A DNA stretch of 64,000 bases from Candidatus Latescibacterota bacterium (GCA_965261395.1 OZ253462.1:5664001-5728000), one strand, 5' to 3'. Shown: positions 19,849 to 29,378, counted from the first letter of the stretch. A program made the numbers and translations. The notes: a model not told the origin generated them from the sequence alone.

Positions 19849-19885
19849 AAAAAAGGCGGCCAACCCTAAAGTTGGTCGCCCTTTT
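19849..19885. terminator. Bidirectional terminator between convergent genes
   Basis: AAAAAAGGCGGCCAAC-CCTAAA-GTTGGTCGCCCTTTT. Confidence 0.75.
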
Positions 19886-19902
19886 CATGCGGTATTTACC
19901 GC

Positions 19903-20139
19903 CTAGTGCTTCGTGTCTTTTGGCGGGTTCGGGTCATTACCCGGCGCTACCGTATCCGAGTCGCGCCACTGACCATTGCGCCCTTGGATGCGGACCTCAC
20001 CGCCACCACGATTAGAAACGATTTCCTTCGCCACGGTCGTGGCCTCCGCTTGCGTCGGAACAACGTGGCTCGGACGAGCCGCATGTGCTTTTCGCACTGC
20101 CCACCCATCTGGATGCTTCGTCACATAACGATCTGCCAT
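19903..20139 (-). CDS. DUF2188 family protein
   Basis: GWAV....A.R.S....TQAEA...A.EI....GGGEV.I.GRNG..RD..T...GNDP.PPKD pattern. Confidence 0.85.
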   Translation of the reverse strand: MADRYVTKHPDGWAVRKAHAARPSHVVPTQAEATTVAKEIVSNRGGGEVRIQGRNGQWRDSDTVAPGNDPNPPKDTKH

Positions 20140-20704
20140 GATACCCCCTTTTGGGTTATTGGCTTAAAAATGTGAAATGTTCCTAAAAAACATACCGATG
20201 TAGCGAACCGAGTCAATACAAACTTTAGTCAAAAAATCCGCGCCAGCGGCTCCGCTTTTCTCGCTTTTCCCCACAGCGCAGACGCGGGGGGATCGGGGAG
20301 GCTATGCTCATAGTGTCCTGCGGGTCTCGCTGTATGGTCTCGCTCCAATGGTTCAATCGTGGGACTGGACGCGAAGGGGACGGGTTCGCGTCCGCGCCTA
20401 GTGGGGGTTGAGCGGCCCAACGCTTCACCGTTCCGCGTTGTTCAGCACGTAGCGCAGCGCGTCCGCTCTCGAGCATAGACCATCCAGCGAGAAAGACCGA
20501 GGCGCACCAACTCACACGGCGGCCTGTGATTGTCCATGCCGGGGGTAGGGACGGGCATGGGGCGCGTGTGGGCAACTCACGCGTAGGCCGTCCGACCTCG
20601 ATACTTAATGGACGGCGCAGCCTTTCGCCTCGCCGTTGGGCGAACTGGACCACGTCCCTCGGATGCTGTCGGGTAGATCGCCCGTTAGAAGCGATTACAG
20701 GCCC

Positions 20705-21784
20705 TCAATCTCCGGTGGATTCTCTGAGGCGGGCGACCGCGCCCAGCCCGGCGGCTTGGCCCCTTGAGTATCGGCCCGGCATATCCGGCGACAGCCAGCG
20801 GCCGGCGTTCTGGAGCTCGGCCAGCCCATAGCCGGCCGCGGTCAAGTCTTGGTCGGTGCCGACTCGGAGGCTCTGGCCGCTGGCCCCGTCGATGCCGACC
20901 GCTCTGGCGCGGGCCTGTATGGTCAGCCTGGCCCCGTGTGCCGTCATACGGTGCTCGGTGATATGGTCACCGCGGCGGATGCGTCGGAATAGCGGCCCGT
21001 CGAGGATGCCGGCGAGCTGGCGGTATTGCTCGACGGCCGCCAAGGTTGCCTTGCTGAGGAACACGACGGCCCCTTGCCCGGTTTGGTCCGTCTTCGAGCT
21101 GGGAATCAGCAAGCGCCCGGTGCTGTCGGCTTCCTTGCTGACGTGCGCACAATCGACGGCGACGGCTTCACTAATCCGCAGCAGTCCATCACTCATAAAC
21201 CGCACCAGCGCACAATCTCGAGCGGCCGCGACGGGTGCGGCTTGGCCTTGAGCCAGAGCCTGCCGGCATATCGCTTGCACGTCGGCCCAGCGAATCGCGG
21301 CGACCTGCCCGCGGCCGCGGCCTTTACCCGCTCGGCGGATCCCCGCCAGGGTGCGGCTTGCCAAAGGCCCGACAATCGACTCGCCGGCGGGGTGGAGCTT
21401 CTCGCGGAAGCGAATCGCCTGGACTACCTGGGCGACCGTGGCCGGCGAGACGCCGGCGGCGTGGCGCTTGGTGAGAAAGTCCGCTAGGAGCGGCTCCGTG
21501 GCCGGCCGGCCGGCCAACCATTCGTCCCAGCGCCGCAAGGCGGCCTTGTAGTTTTTGCGGGTATTGTTCGAGATCGAGGCGGCGACTAGGGCGCGGGTTT
21601 CTTCGGAAAGGCCCGCCGGCGCGCTGGGTACGGCCTCTTGCGGTGCTAGGGTGCTGGGGGCGGTGTCTTGGGGCGTTGGGGCGCTGGCTGGGGCCTCGGC
21701 GATTTGCAGGCCCTTACGGCGAGCGGCTCGCTGTTGCCGTTTGTCCGGGCGGGTGCGCCGATTGTTTTTGCGGGGCATGGTCAA
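20705..21784 (-). CDS. Cre-like tyrosine recombinase/integrase, possibly impaired
   Basis: S.NTR..Y N-terminal domain, RD.AL, LRISE (Arg), SKTDQ (Lys), GRW.S..M..RY (Trp, Tyr). The HxxR motif reads QSLR. Confidence 0.88.
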   Translation of the reverse strand: MTMPRKNNRRTRPDKRQQRAARRKGLQIAEAPASAPTPQDTAPSTLAPQEAVPSAPAGLSEETRALVAASISNNTRKNYKAALRRWDEWLAGRPATEPLLADFLTKRHAAGVSPATVAQVVQAIRFREKLHPAGESIVGPLASRTLAGIRRAGKGRGRGQVAAIRWADVQAICRQALAQGQAAPVAAARDCALVRFMSDGLLRISEAVAVDCAHVSKEADSTGRLLIPSSKTDQTGQGAVVFLSKATLAAVEQYRQLAGILDGPLFRRIRRGDHITEHRMTAHGARLTIQARARAVGIDGASGQSLRVGTDQDLTAAGYGLAELQNAGRWLSPDMPGRYSRGQAAGLGAVARLRESTGD

Positions 21785-21852
21785 TCTCCTGGTGTAGCCG
21801 TTTAACTTTAACTAATTACAAATATATTTTTTAACGAGGGCTATTTTTAAAG

Positions 21853-21891
21853 AAAAACCCCCGTGCCAGGGGATTTGGCACGGGGGTTTTT
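21853..21891. terminator. Bidirectional terminator between tRNA and recombinase
   Basis: AAAAACCCCCGTGCCA-GGGGATT-TGGCACGGGGGTTTTT perfect stem. Confidence 0.85.
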
Positions 21892-21978
21892 CGGTTCTCT
21901 CAGATTTTTAAGAAGCCCAAAACCGAATAGCGACAACGACTTGAACACCATCCGTATCATTGGGTTTCTTTTACTTAC

Positions 21979-21997
21979 TGCTGACATATTGCTGACA
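21979..21997. repeat. Tandem TGCTGACA repeats, candidate integrase arm-type sites
   Basis: TGCTGACA-TAT-TGCTGACA about 50 bp from the tRNA 3' end; an IHF-like AAACAAGGGGTTA lies on the minus strand near 22029-22041. Confidence 0.5.
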
Positions 21998-22046
21998 CGA
22001 CTTTTTCGTCGCTATCGCATATTTTTCATAACCCCTTGTTTTTTAA

Positions 22047-22122
<76 letters not shown>

Positions 22123-22153
22123 GTAAAAAATATCTGCACAGGTGGGCTGGTCG

Positions 22154-22966
22154 TCAATGCCGCGCCAGTTCTGGGAAGAGCTCGTCGTGGACTTCGGCGC
22201 ATTGGCGCAAGTGAACCATGCGCTGCGGGTCGGCGGTATCGAGCATGGTGGGATAGAACATGCCGCCGCCGGTGACAACTTGGTAGCCGCCGGGCGAGTG
22301 CCGCCGGAGATAGTCTTTGAGAGTGGCCCGGTCCGCATCGTTGGTGCAAGGGCGGGTGAGGTTCATGGTAAACATGCGCCGCCGCTGGTCGCCGCCGAAG
22401 GAGGCGTGATAGAGGTCGTGGTTGAAGATGACGAGGTCGCCGGGGGTTGTCTCGAGCGCGAGGTTGCTAGGGACATCGCGCGGTTCGACGCCGAACAGCT
22501 CCATGGACCTGCTGAGGTCAATGCCCTCGGCACGGACGAAGTGGTTGGGGTGATGGCTGCCGGGGAGCACGCGCAGACAGCCCGTGTCGCGGGTCAGGTC
22601 GTCTAAGTAGAAGGCGATTTTGACCGAGAAAAGCTGGCCCCAACTGCCATCGGGATGCCAGCCGCTATCGCCGCTGTAGTAGTTGCCATCGCCGCTGGCG
22701 TAGTTGAAGTTCGCGCCGAGGACGCCGTTGCAGATCCCGACGATGCGCTCGTCGTCTATGAGGGTGCAAAGTCGCTCGCGGTGCTCGATGGGGCCGCCGA
22801 ACATGGTGCGCTTGGTGCCGTCGTGTTGGGCACCGTTGCCAGAGGCTTGGATGGAGAGCTCAAACTCCTCGGTGATCCAGGCGACCTCGGCGGGGCTAAA
22901 AAGCCGCGGGAAATAGAGGTAGCCGAAGGTCTTAAAGAAGCTGATCTGCGCGGGCGAAAGTTCCAT
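22154..22966 (-). CDS. PhyH family Fe(II)/2-oxoglutarate dioxygenase
   Basis: FKTFGYL, WHPD, GCLRVLPGSH, PGDLVIF...YH...RR. Confidence 0.88.
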   Translation of the reverse strand: MELSPAQISFFKTFGYLYFPRLFSPAEVAWITEEFELSIQASGNGAQHDGTKRTMFGGPIEHRERLCTLIDDERIVGICNGVLGANFNYASGDGNYYSGDSGWHPDGSWGQLFSVKIAFYLDDLTRDTGCLRVLPGSHHPNHFVRAEGIDLSRSMELFGVEPRDVPSNLALETTPGDLVIFNHDLYHASFGGDQRRRMFTMNLTRPCTNDADRATLKDYLRRHSPGGYQVVTGGGMFYPTMLDTADPQRMVHLRQCAEVHDELFPELARH

Positions 22967-23020
22967 GAGGGATCGTCTCCGGGTTAGATGTGCCACGGGG
23001 GATACCGCTTCTGCCGCAGG

Positions 23021-23269
23021 TCAGCTGAGGGATTCGGCGGAAGCCCTCTCCATAGTGCGTAGGTACTCGCAGAGGGCGCGACCGTCTAAAGGCAGGTCGA
23101 GCACATCGGAAAAGGGCCGCATGTCCCCTTTGAGGAAGTCGATAGCCGTCTGCCGTTCCTGATTGCAATCTGTGGTCTGGACGTCTTTGACGGCTTGGAT
23201 GATGACCGCGGCGGCGAGCCGTCGGTGGCCGTCAAACCGGGCGCGATAGGTCGTCTTTTTTGTAGTCAT
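23021..23269 (-). CDS. Small hypothetical protein
   Basis: ATG overlaps the upstream stop codon; LAAAVIIQAVKD motif is reminiscent of small phage-associated proteins. Confidence 0.5.
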   Translation of the reverse strand: MTTKKTTYRARFDGHRRLAAAVIIQAVKDVQTTDCNQERQTAIDFLKGDMRPFSDVLDLPLDGRALCEYLRTMERASAESLS

Positions 23270-23556
23270 CTGCTTTTCGTTTCAGCTAGATAATATATAA
23301 CGCCCGAAGTGCCACTGAGTTTCACGGGTATAGCCAGGAGCGGGGCTTTGGTCGTTTTCGGCAGGGTCGTCAAATCGCTGGCGAGACTAAACACCAGCGA
23401 TCGAATGGCTGGTTGCAGCAGGATAGCGGCCAGCAGAAGCTGGAGCATCGTAGCCATACCGATGGTTTTCCAGGGAATGGAGCGGGTGCGGCGACCGCTG
23501 AGATAGGCTATAACAAGGAGAACGCAGTAGCCTAAGGCACTGTGGACGATTAACAT
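23266..23556 (-). pseudogene. Truncated NupC/CNT nucleoside transporter (N-terminus only)
   Basis: SALG..VLL.IAYL.....RSIPWKTI.....LQLLLA..LL resembles the CNT N-terminal domain; the ORF ends at 96 aa instead of about 400 aa. Confidence 0.65.
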
Positions 23557-23621
23557 AACATCTTAAGAAATAAAGGGTAAAACCGGGAAAAGTCAACCGT
23601 GGCGCACGCGGCCCCGCGCCT

Positions 23622-24272
23622 TCAGCCGAGGGCGTTGAGGGCGCGTTGGACGACTGTGTGCAGGGGGCCGTCGGTCGGGATGCGGACGGCCCCGGTCCAG
23701 ACGGGAAAACTGCCGAGAGCTCGCGCGAGATTGGCAAAGTAGGAAGCGTCGGCGCGGGAGCCGCGGCTGGCCATGCGGGCGCGCCAAATGTCCAGAGGCG
23801 GCGGATCGAGGTGGAGGACGCGGAGGGTGGCTGGGGCGATGTTTGCCGCTAGACCCTTCCAGAGATCGTCCACGCCCAGCTCGGGGCCAAAGCCGCCGAC
23901 GAGGAGGACTTGGCGGGTGCCGACGAGGTTGGCGCAAGCTGCGGCGAGGGTGCTGGCATATTCGAGGGGACGGAGCTTTTGCCAGTAGTGAGGAGTGCCG
24001 TAAGCCGCGGCGGGCGCGTCGCCCCGCAGCGCAGCCGCTTCGAGGATAAAACCAGCAGCCGTTTGGTCTTTGTCGAGGAGGAAGGTGTTTGGGCAGAGCG
24101 CGAGAAGAGCTTGGGCGACCGCGGTTTTGCCGACACCGGGCGGCCCGCCCAAGACCACGAGGCGGGAAGACGGGCTGCCGGGGCGGGCGGCTTGCAGGAG
24201 GGCTGCTATGGTGGGGCCGGGATCGGGTGCGGACTCTGCGTAGCCGCCGCCCAAGTGGGCCACGTTGGTCAC
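23622..24272 (-). CDS. AAA/P-loop kinase-like protein
   Basis: Walker A GPPGVGKT followed by LDKD; GTG 24272 overlaps the upstream TGA. Confidence 0.7.
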   Translation of the reverse strand: MTNVAHLGGGYAESAPDPGPTIAALLQAARPGSPSSRLVVLGGPPGVGKTAVAQALLALCPNTFLLDKDQTAAGFILEAAALRGDAPAAAYGTPHYWQKLRPLEYASTLAAACANLVGTRQVLLVGGFGPELGVDDLWKGLAANIAPATLRVLHLDPPPLDIWRARMASRGSRADASYFANLARALGSFPVWTGAVRIPTDGPLHTVVQRALNALG

Positions 24273-25003
24273 GGCGAGGGCGCGCCGCGGTCTTGGGGCT
24301 CCCAACCGACGAGTTCTTTGGCGTTGGCCAAGTCCCACTTTTTGTCCGCGCCCAGTGAGACCCCGTAGAAGATGCCGAATTGGGGCCGGGGGGCCTCGAT
24401 GCAGCAGGCGGTCAGCTCGGAGACATCGCGGGCGCTGAGCCAGCGGTTTTCGCCGGGGGGATAGGTGCTGTTGATTTCCTCGGTGTCCGGGTAGTTGGCG
24501 ATGCGGAGGCAATAGGAGGAGATGCCGTACTCGTCGTAGTAGAAGCGGCCGAGCGCTTCGCCGAAGGCCTTGCTGACGCCGTACATGCTGTCGGGGCGGA
24601 TCGGCATGTCGGGGGTGGTGTAGATGCCTTCTTTTTCGTAGAAGCCGGTTACGTGGTTGGTGCTGGCAAAGACGACGACCGGGACCTTGTTGATGCGGGC
24701 GGCCTCAAAGATGTTGTAGGTGCCCTGGATATTGGTCTCCATGATCATCTGGTTATAGCGCGTGCGTGGATAGCCCCGCTGAACGATGGCGATGCCAAGG
24801 TGGACGATGGTGTCGATGCCTTCGCAGGCTTCGACCATGTTCTCGAAGTTGGCAAGGTCGGAGACCACGATCTCTTCGTTTGGTTCGACCGGGGGGATGT
24901 TGCGGTGGAAGAGCAGGCGAAAGTCGTAGCGGTCTTTGAGGTGCCGGCGCAGGCCAGACCCGACTTTGCCGGCGGCACCAGTGATGAAAAGTTTTTTCTT
25001 CAT
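24269..25003 (-). CDS. NAD-dependent epimerase/dehydratase (uronate dehydrogenase-like SDR)
   Basis: ITGAAGKVG, FASTNH, RPDSMYGVSK (YxxxK), LRI. Confidence 0.88.
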   Translation of the reverse strand: MKKKLFITGAAGKVGSGLRRHLKDRYDFRLLFHRNIPPVEPNEEIVVSDLANFENMVEACEGIDTIVHLGIAIVQRGYPRTRYNQMIMETNIQGTYNIFEAARINKVPVVVFASTNHVTGFYEKEGIYTTPDMPIRPDSMYGVSKAFGEALGRFYYDEYGISSYCLRIANYPDTEEINSTYPPGENRWLSARDVSELTACCIEAPRPQFGIFYGVSLGADKKWDLANAKELVGWEPQDRGAPSP

Positions 25004-25207
25004 GTCTCTTCCCCGTGTTTGGCTGCGTCTGCTGGATTGCGGTCTATACTTATTTGCTTGGGACACGGGGCGCAAGTCATTTGGGGCCGGGTTCTCGCAT
25101 CCTCGCGGGGCTTCGGCTCCAACCTATAACGACGGGCGGGGCCTACTTGAGGTAGCGCAGACGCTGGGTCTGCACGCCACCTGGATTTTTGCCCCTTCGT
25201 GCTCCGC

Positions 25208-27778
25208 TTAGAACGAAACAGTCGCGGTCATTGAAACCGTCCGCGGCGCGCCGAGCCAGGCCGCGTTCTCGGTGATGGCGGACAGATAGGCCTTGTCGAG
25301 CAGATTGTTCGCCACGATCGAGAACTCCGTCGATCGGAGCAAGGGACCCAGCGCCTCGCCTGAGAAACTGACATACGCGTCCGCCATCCAATAGGCGTCC
25401 GTGTGCCAGTCGGCCGTCAGGCTGACACGCCGCGGCGATGTGTACTTGGCCGTCAGTCCCGTGCGGAGATGCCCGATCCGATCGAGCGAGACGACCCACA
25501 GCTTGTCCGGTACGCCGGTGACGTCAGTCTCCGCAACGATATTCTGGCTTGCGTCGACGAGGGGATCACCGCTCCCGATGTACTCCGAGTTGTTGAATGT
25601 GTAGGCCGTGTAGAAGGATATCTGCTGCGGCATCTGCACCGTTGCTGAGAACTCGAAACCGTTCGTGTGGATGCCGCCGGCGTTGAAATAGGCACCGCCG
25701 CCCGGGATGAGATAGTTGGGACCGGCTGTCGTTTGCGGGCCGAGGTAGAAAATCCGGTTCTGAAAATCGACGATGTATCCCGTGGCACCGAGGGCAACCC
25801 AATCCCCGGTATACTGTAGCCCGACATCGATGTTCGAGGCGGTTTCCGGTTCGAGATCCTCGAGGCTCCGTCCCGGGACCTCGAGGAGTGTGCTGCTGAT
25901 CGCCTTGAAATTTTCGACATATCCGCCGAAAAGGTGCAGGCCCTCGATCGGCGTCTCGTACGTGACGCCGCCGGAGACGAGCAGTTTCGAATCGGAATCG
26001 GCCACGAGGTCCGGGTCGACGCCAAACAAGTCCTCGCGCGACACCCTGACCAGGAGCTGCTTGACGCCGCCGCTCAGGGTGAACGGGGCGGCGTAGAGCG
26101 TCTCCTCGACGTACCACTTGAACACGCGCTGCGGGAAATCCCACTCGTACTGGTGCCAGTAGGCCTGCTCGTTCCATTTGAAGCTGAGCCTCGGATCCAG
26201 CATCTGATGCCAGTCCCGGCCCAGGTCCCGCCGCGAGTTCTCGTACCAGATGCCGGCGCGCAGCGTGCTGCCGGCGGCACCGACGGTGGTGAACCACTCC
26301 TCGTCGAGCGTCACGCCGACGCGGTCCTTCCCGTAGTGGCTGTGGCGGTACGACTGCACCGCAGTAGCATCCGGGTGACACGCAGGGTCGACCTCCGGGC
26401 CGCCCGAGCCGTAATAGTTGAAGATGTAGGACGACGTGCACCCGGGCGTCGGTCCGACGGCGGTGGCGTCCCGGTTCACGAAGCGGATCAGCCCGAGCTG
26501 TGCGCCGCCCTGCACCGGTGTCCGGCCCATCAGCTCCGATTCCGGTCCACCGCCGTCGTCGGTGACGTCGGCGATGTAGGGGGGCAGCCAGTCGCCGCGG
26601 CCCCGGTTGCGATGGAAATAGGCGCCCACGTTCAGCGAGGTGACGTCGCTGAACGACCAGTCCGCCTTCAGGTAGCCGAAGGTGTTGTTCCGCCGCGTCT
26701 GCCAGCCGGGCCGGTAGAACTGGTTCAGGTAGGGCACGCCGGGCCAGTCGCCGACCAGGCGGTCCCAGCGCGGGTTGGCCCTGAAGTTGGCGTCGCTGTA
26801 GAGCCGCTGGTAGGTGTCTTCGTGGATGCTGTCGTACGAGACGTAGCTGGTGAGATCGAGGCGTCCGCGTGACGAGACCAGCTTGGCGGCGACATGCTCG
26901 CGCTCGTTCCGCGCCGACCCCTGCACCCAGTCGGTCGCCTCCTGACGGACCGCCGAGATCCAGGCGCGGGTCTCGGTGCCGAACAACGGCCCGGTGTCGA
27001 GGCGCATGTAGAACCGCTTGCCGTCGTTCTCACCGAGGGTGCTCGACGCAGTGTAGGTCCGCTTCGGCGCCGGATCGTCCGTCAGGTAGTTGAAGGTGCC
27101 GCCCAGCGCTTCGACCGACCGGGAGGCGATGTCGGCCGTCCCCTGGGACACCTCGACGCCCCCGAGGTTCATCGGGTCGATGAACCGGTTCGCCTTGGCA
27201 CCGCTGAAGTAGTCGGATGTACCGTTCGGGAACCCATCGATGGTCGTGCCGATCTGCGCCTCGCTGATGGTCACTTGGAAGCCGCGCACGGCGACGTTGC
27301 TCGACCAGTCGTCGAAGCCGTACGCATCGCCCTCTTGGATGGATACCCCGGGCAGGTTGTCGACCACCGACGTCACGCTGGTGATGTTCGACTGCTGCAG
27401 CAGCATCGGCACGGCGACGACATTGCTCGCGAAGCTCCGGGGTTTCTCGGCAACGACGCTGATCCCCTCGAGTCCGACGACGCTCGGTTCCAAACGAACA
27501 TCAAGAGTAGTGATGCCCGGATTTATCGTCAGTCGCTTTGTCCGGAATCCCACAAAGGAAAAAACCAGAATGTCCTCCAGAGACCGAAGGTCAATCGAAT
27601 AGGCCCCATCCTGGTCCGTTACCGCCCCGATGAATGTGCCCTCAATGACAACCGTTCCGCCCGGTAAGGCATCACCGGTTTCATCCGAAACCACGGTCCC
27701 TGAAACCGCAATCTGCCCATGGGCATCCTGGGCTAGTTGTACAACGAATATGACGACAATGGTGCGTACGAATTTCAT
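25208..27778 (-). CDS. TonB-dependent receptor with N-terminal carboxypeptidase-regulatory-like domain
   Basis: Signal peptide, SGTV....TG..LPG, FSFVGF, plug motifs LPGVS/VRGF, LEPETA, NLLDK.Y, GAPR, terminal Phe. Confidence 0.92.
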   Translation of the reverse strand: MKFVRTIVVIFVVQLAQDAHGQIAVSGTVVSDETGDALPGGTVVIEGTFIGAVTDQDGAYSIDLRSLEDILVFSFVGFRTKRLTINPGITTLDVRLEPSVVGLEGISVVAEKPRSFASNVVAVPMLLQQSNITSVTSVVDNLPGVSIQEGDAYGFDDWSSNVAVRGFQVTISEAQIGTTIDGFPNGTSDYFSGAKANRFIDPMNLGGVEVSQGTADIASRSVEALGGTFNYLTDDPAPKRTYTASSTLGENDGKRFYMRLDTGPLFGTETRAWISAVRQEATDWVQGSARNEREHVAAKLVSSRGRLDLTSYVSYDSIHEDTYQRLYSDANFRANPRWDRLVGDWPGVPYLNQFYRPGWQTRRNNTFGYLKADWSFSDVTSLNVGAYFHRNRGRGDWLPPYIADVTDDGGGPESELMGRTPVQGGAQLGLIRFVNRDATAVGPTPGCTSSYIFNYYGSGGPEVDPACHPDATAVQSYRHSHYGKDRVGVTLDEEWFTTVGAAGSTLRAGIWYENSRRDLGRDWHQMLDPRLSFKWNEQAYWHQYEWDFPQRVFKWYVEETLYAAPFTLSGGVKQLLVRVSREDLFGVDPDLVADSDSKLLVSGGVTYETPIEGLHLFGGYVENFKAISSTLLEVPGRSLEDLEPETASNIDVGLQYTGDWVALGATGYIVDFQNRIFYLGPQTTAGPNYLIPGGGAYFNAGGIHTNGFEFSATVQMPQQISFYTAYTFNNSEYIGSGDPLVDASQNIVAETDVTGVPDKLWVVSLDRIGHLRTGLTAKYTSPRRVSLTADWHTDAYWMADAYVSFSGEALGPLLRSTEFSIVANNLLDKAYLSAITENAAWLGAPRTVSMTATVSF

Positions 27779-27812
27779 GAGGCCCCTTCCATTAGGTGAC
27801 AATACCTACAAC

Positions 27813-27846
27813 TATAACAAGTCTGGAAGTATAACAAGTCTGGAAG
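27813..27846. repeat. Perfect 17-bp tandem duplication upstream of the TonB-dependent receptor
   Basis: TATAACAAGTCTGGAAG occurs twice in tandem. Confidence 0.9.
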
Positions 27847-27865
27847 GACGCGTAAAGCGGTCAAA

Positions 27866-27982
27866 CTAGAAAGCACCGGTCTCTCATTTGGCCGAGTGCT
27901 GGGCCGTCAGCGACGTGAGGCTGCCCAAGTTTCTCAGCGAGGGAAAAAGGCCGGTCCAAGCGGCGACGACCAACAACGTGCC
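27866..27982 (-). repeat. Diverged duplicate of the MFS gene 3' end (other copy at 29580-29707)
   Basis: Shared CTAGAAAGCAC(C)GGTCTCTCATT and CCCAAGTTTCTCAGCGAGGGAAAAAGGCCGGTCCAAGCGGCGACGACCA; encodes GTLLVVAAWTGLFPSLRNLGSLTSLTAQHSAK*. Confidence 0.92.
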
Positions 27983-28003
27983 AATTTCTACGATTTCTTG
28001 GGG

Positions 28004-28249
28004 TCAAGACGCGATGAGAACCGTTCGAGGATTTTCTTGGAGATGTGATGAGGGTTGTTGGTGTGGATGCGCCGCGCCGTGTTCCCCACAGCGCGCGAGG
28101 CTCAGGTCGTCCACTTCGTCGACAACGTCTCGGACGACATGAACCGGTGCCAAGTGCTGAACGACGAGAGCGAGAATAGATAGATCCGAATCCCGGTAGT
28201 CGATCAGGACGTCCGCGTCCGACAGAAGGACCATCGGGCGATTAGGCAT
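28004..28249 (-). pseudogene. Truncated PIN-domain protein
   Basis: LLSDADVLID...VVDEV PIN-like N-terminus directly downstream of the XRE-ImmA gene; the sequence degenerates after about 55 aa. Confidence 0.6.
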
Positions 28250-28250
28250 C

Positions 28251-29378
28251 TCATGCGGCCCATTCGGCGGCCAATTGGCGCATATCCATTAAGGAAATGC
28301 GGAGGATCTCGGCACCCCGGCTAAGCGAGATCTCGTCGTTCTCGACAGCTCGGCGGACCAGACGCCGCAGCCGGTCGTCCAAGCAGTCGGCGTCGGAGAG
28401 ACGGTCTGGCTCCAGACCCCGTTTTGCGTCGAACTGGTTTTCGGTCAGGGGCTGAGGCTCGTCAACCTTTTTTAGGGTTTTTCCGAAACGCCTTTGGTGC
28501 TGAACTTGGAAGGTTTGGAACACGTTCTTTGGGGCCTCCCCCATCTGCACCAACCGGATGAGCACGGTCTTGTAGCTCACATGGAAGATCCGCTTGACCT
28601 TGAGGATGCGCTCGTAAAGGGGGTGTCCTCGCGAGTCATGCCACTCTCGCTCGAAGAGATCGTGAGGCATCAGGAAGAAGCTTGCGAATTCATCGGCTTG
28701 CTTTTCCTCGATTAAGGACTCCTCCTGTTCCCTGTAGTCGTAGGCACCCGGGTGCAGCAGCAAGTGTCCGAGCTCGTGTGCGGCTGAGAAAATCCAGCGC
28801 TCCACCGAAATTCGCTCCCAGGTGTTGATGACGACCGCCGGTCCGCCGTCGTCTTCTTTGACCGACAGCCCGAAGAAAGCATCGGTCGCGCGGGGGAGGT
28901 GGAGAACCTTGGTGCCGCATCTTTCTAGGATCCCGCAGATGTCGTGAATGGGCTGATCATCGAGCTTGATATTTTTCCGCGTTTTCTCGGCGACAGCCCG
29001 TGGATCAAGTTGTCGACGAGGACGGAGGCCTCGCAGTTGAGAGGGAGGGGAATCTTCGAGCAGCTCCTCGAGGAAGTTGTAGTCGTCGAGCCAATTGGCA
29101 ACCTCGGCAAGCAACTGTTCACGCTCTCGGACGCGCTTTCGAGCGCGAAAGCGTACGGTGTGCAACGGCCGCGCCGGGGTCGCGAGTTCGACGGTCGAGA
29201 CCCCCAACGCGCGCGCCAACGCGCGCATGGTAGCAGCGCGAGGCAGCGTCTGGCCTCGTTCGATCTTGGCCAAACCAAGACGCGATAGCTGCGCCCGCTC
29301 GGCAAGGGCTTTCTGGCTTATCCCCTTTGAGGTACGTAGCCGCATCACGTTGGTGCCGATCACATTCTCGGTGGACAT
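28251..29378 (-). CDS. XRE-family HTH fused to ImmA/IrrE (DUF955) metallopeptidase
   Basis: SQKALA.RA.LSR.....IERG HTH; FSAAHELGH; E.QADEFA..FLMP. Confidence 0.92.
   Translation of the reverse strand: MSTENVIGTNVMRLRTSKGISQKALAERAQLSRLGLAKIERGQTLPRAATMRALARALGVSTVELATPARPLHTVRFRARKRVREREQLLAEVANWLDDYNFLEELLEDSPPSQLRGLRPRRQLDPRAVAEKTRKNIKLDDQPIHDICGILERCGTKVLHLPRATDAFFGLSVKEDDGGPAVVINTWERISVERWIFSAAHELGHLLLHPGAYDYREQEESLIEEKQADEFASFFLMPHDLFEREWHDSRGHPLYERILKVKRIFHVSYKTVLIRLVQMGEAPKNVFQTFQVQHQRRFGKTLKKVDEPQPLTENQFDAKRGLEPDRLSDADCLDDRLRRLVRRAVENDEISLSRGAEILRISLMDMRQLAAEWAA

Larger units (their letters stand above)
7140..22046. mobile_element. tRNA-Lys-adjacent genomic (defence) island, probably degenerate; boundaries approximate
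   Basis: Tyrosine recombinase just downstream of the tRNA 3' end, arm-type repeats, defence genes and AT-richer small genes inserted between core genes. No duplicated tRNA 3' end was found at the left border. Confidence 0.6.

Noticed and set aside
17700-21784. Classical integron
   Set aside because: The recombinase is Cre-like without a recognisable IntI patch, genes are in mixed orientation, and no attC structures were seen.
24380-27667. Long plus-strand ORFs (24380-25129, 25934-26872, 26894-27667)
   Set aside because: Antisense shadows of GC-rich genes with no recognisable motifs.
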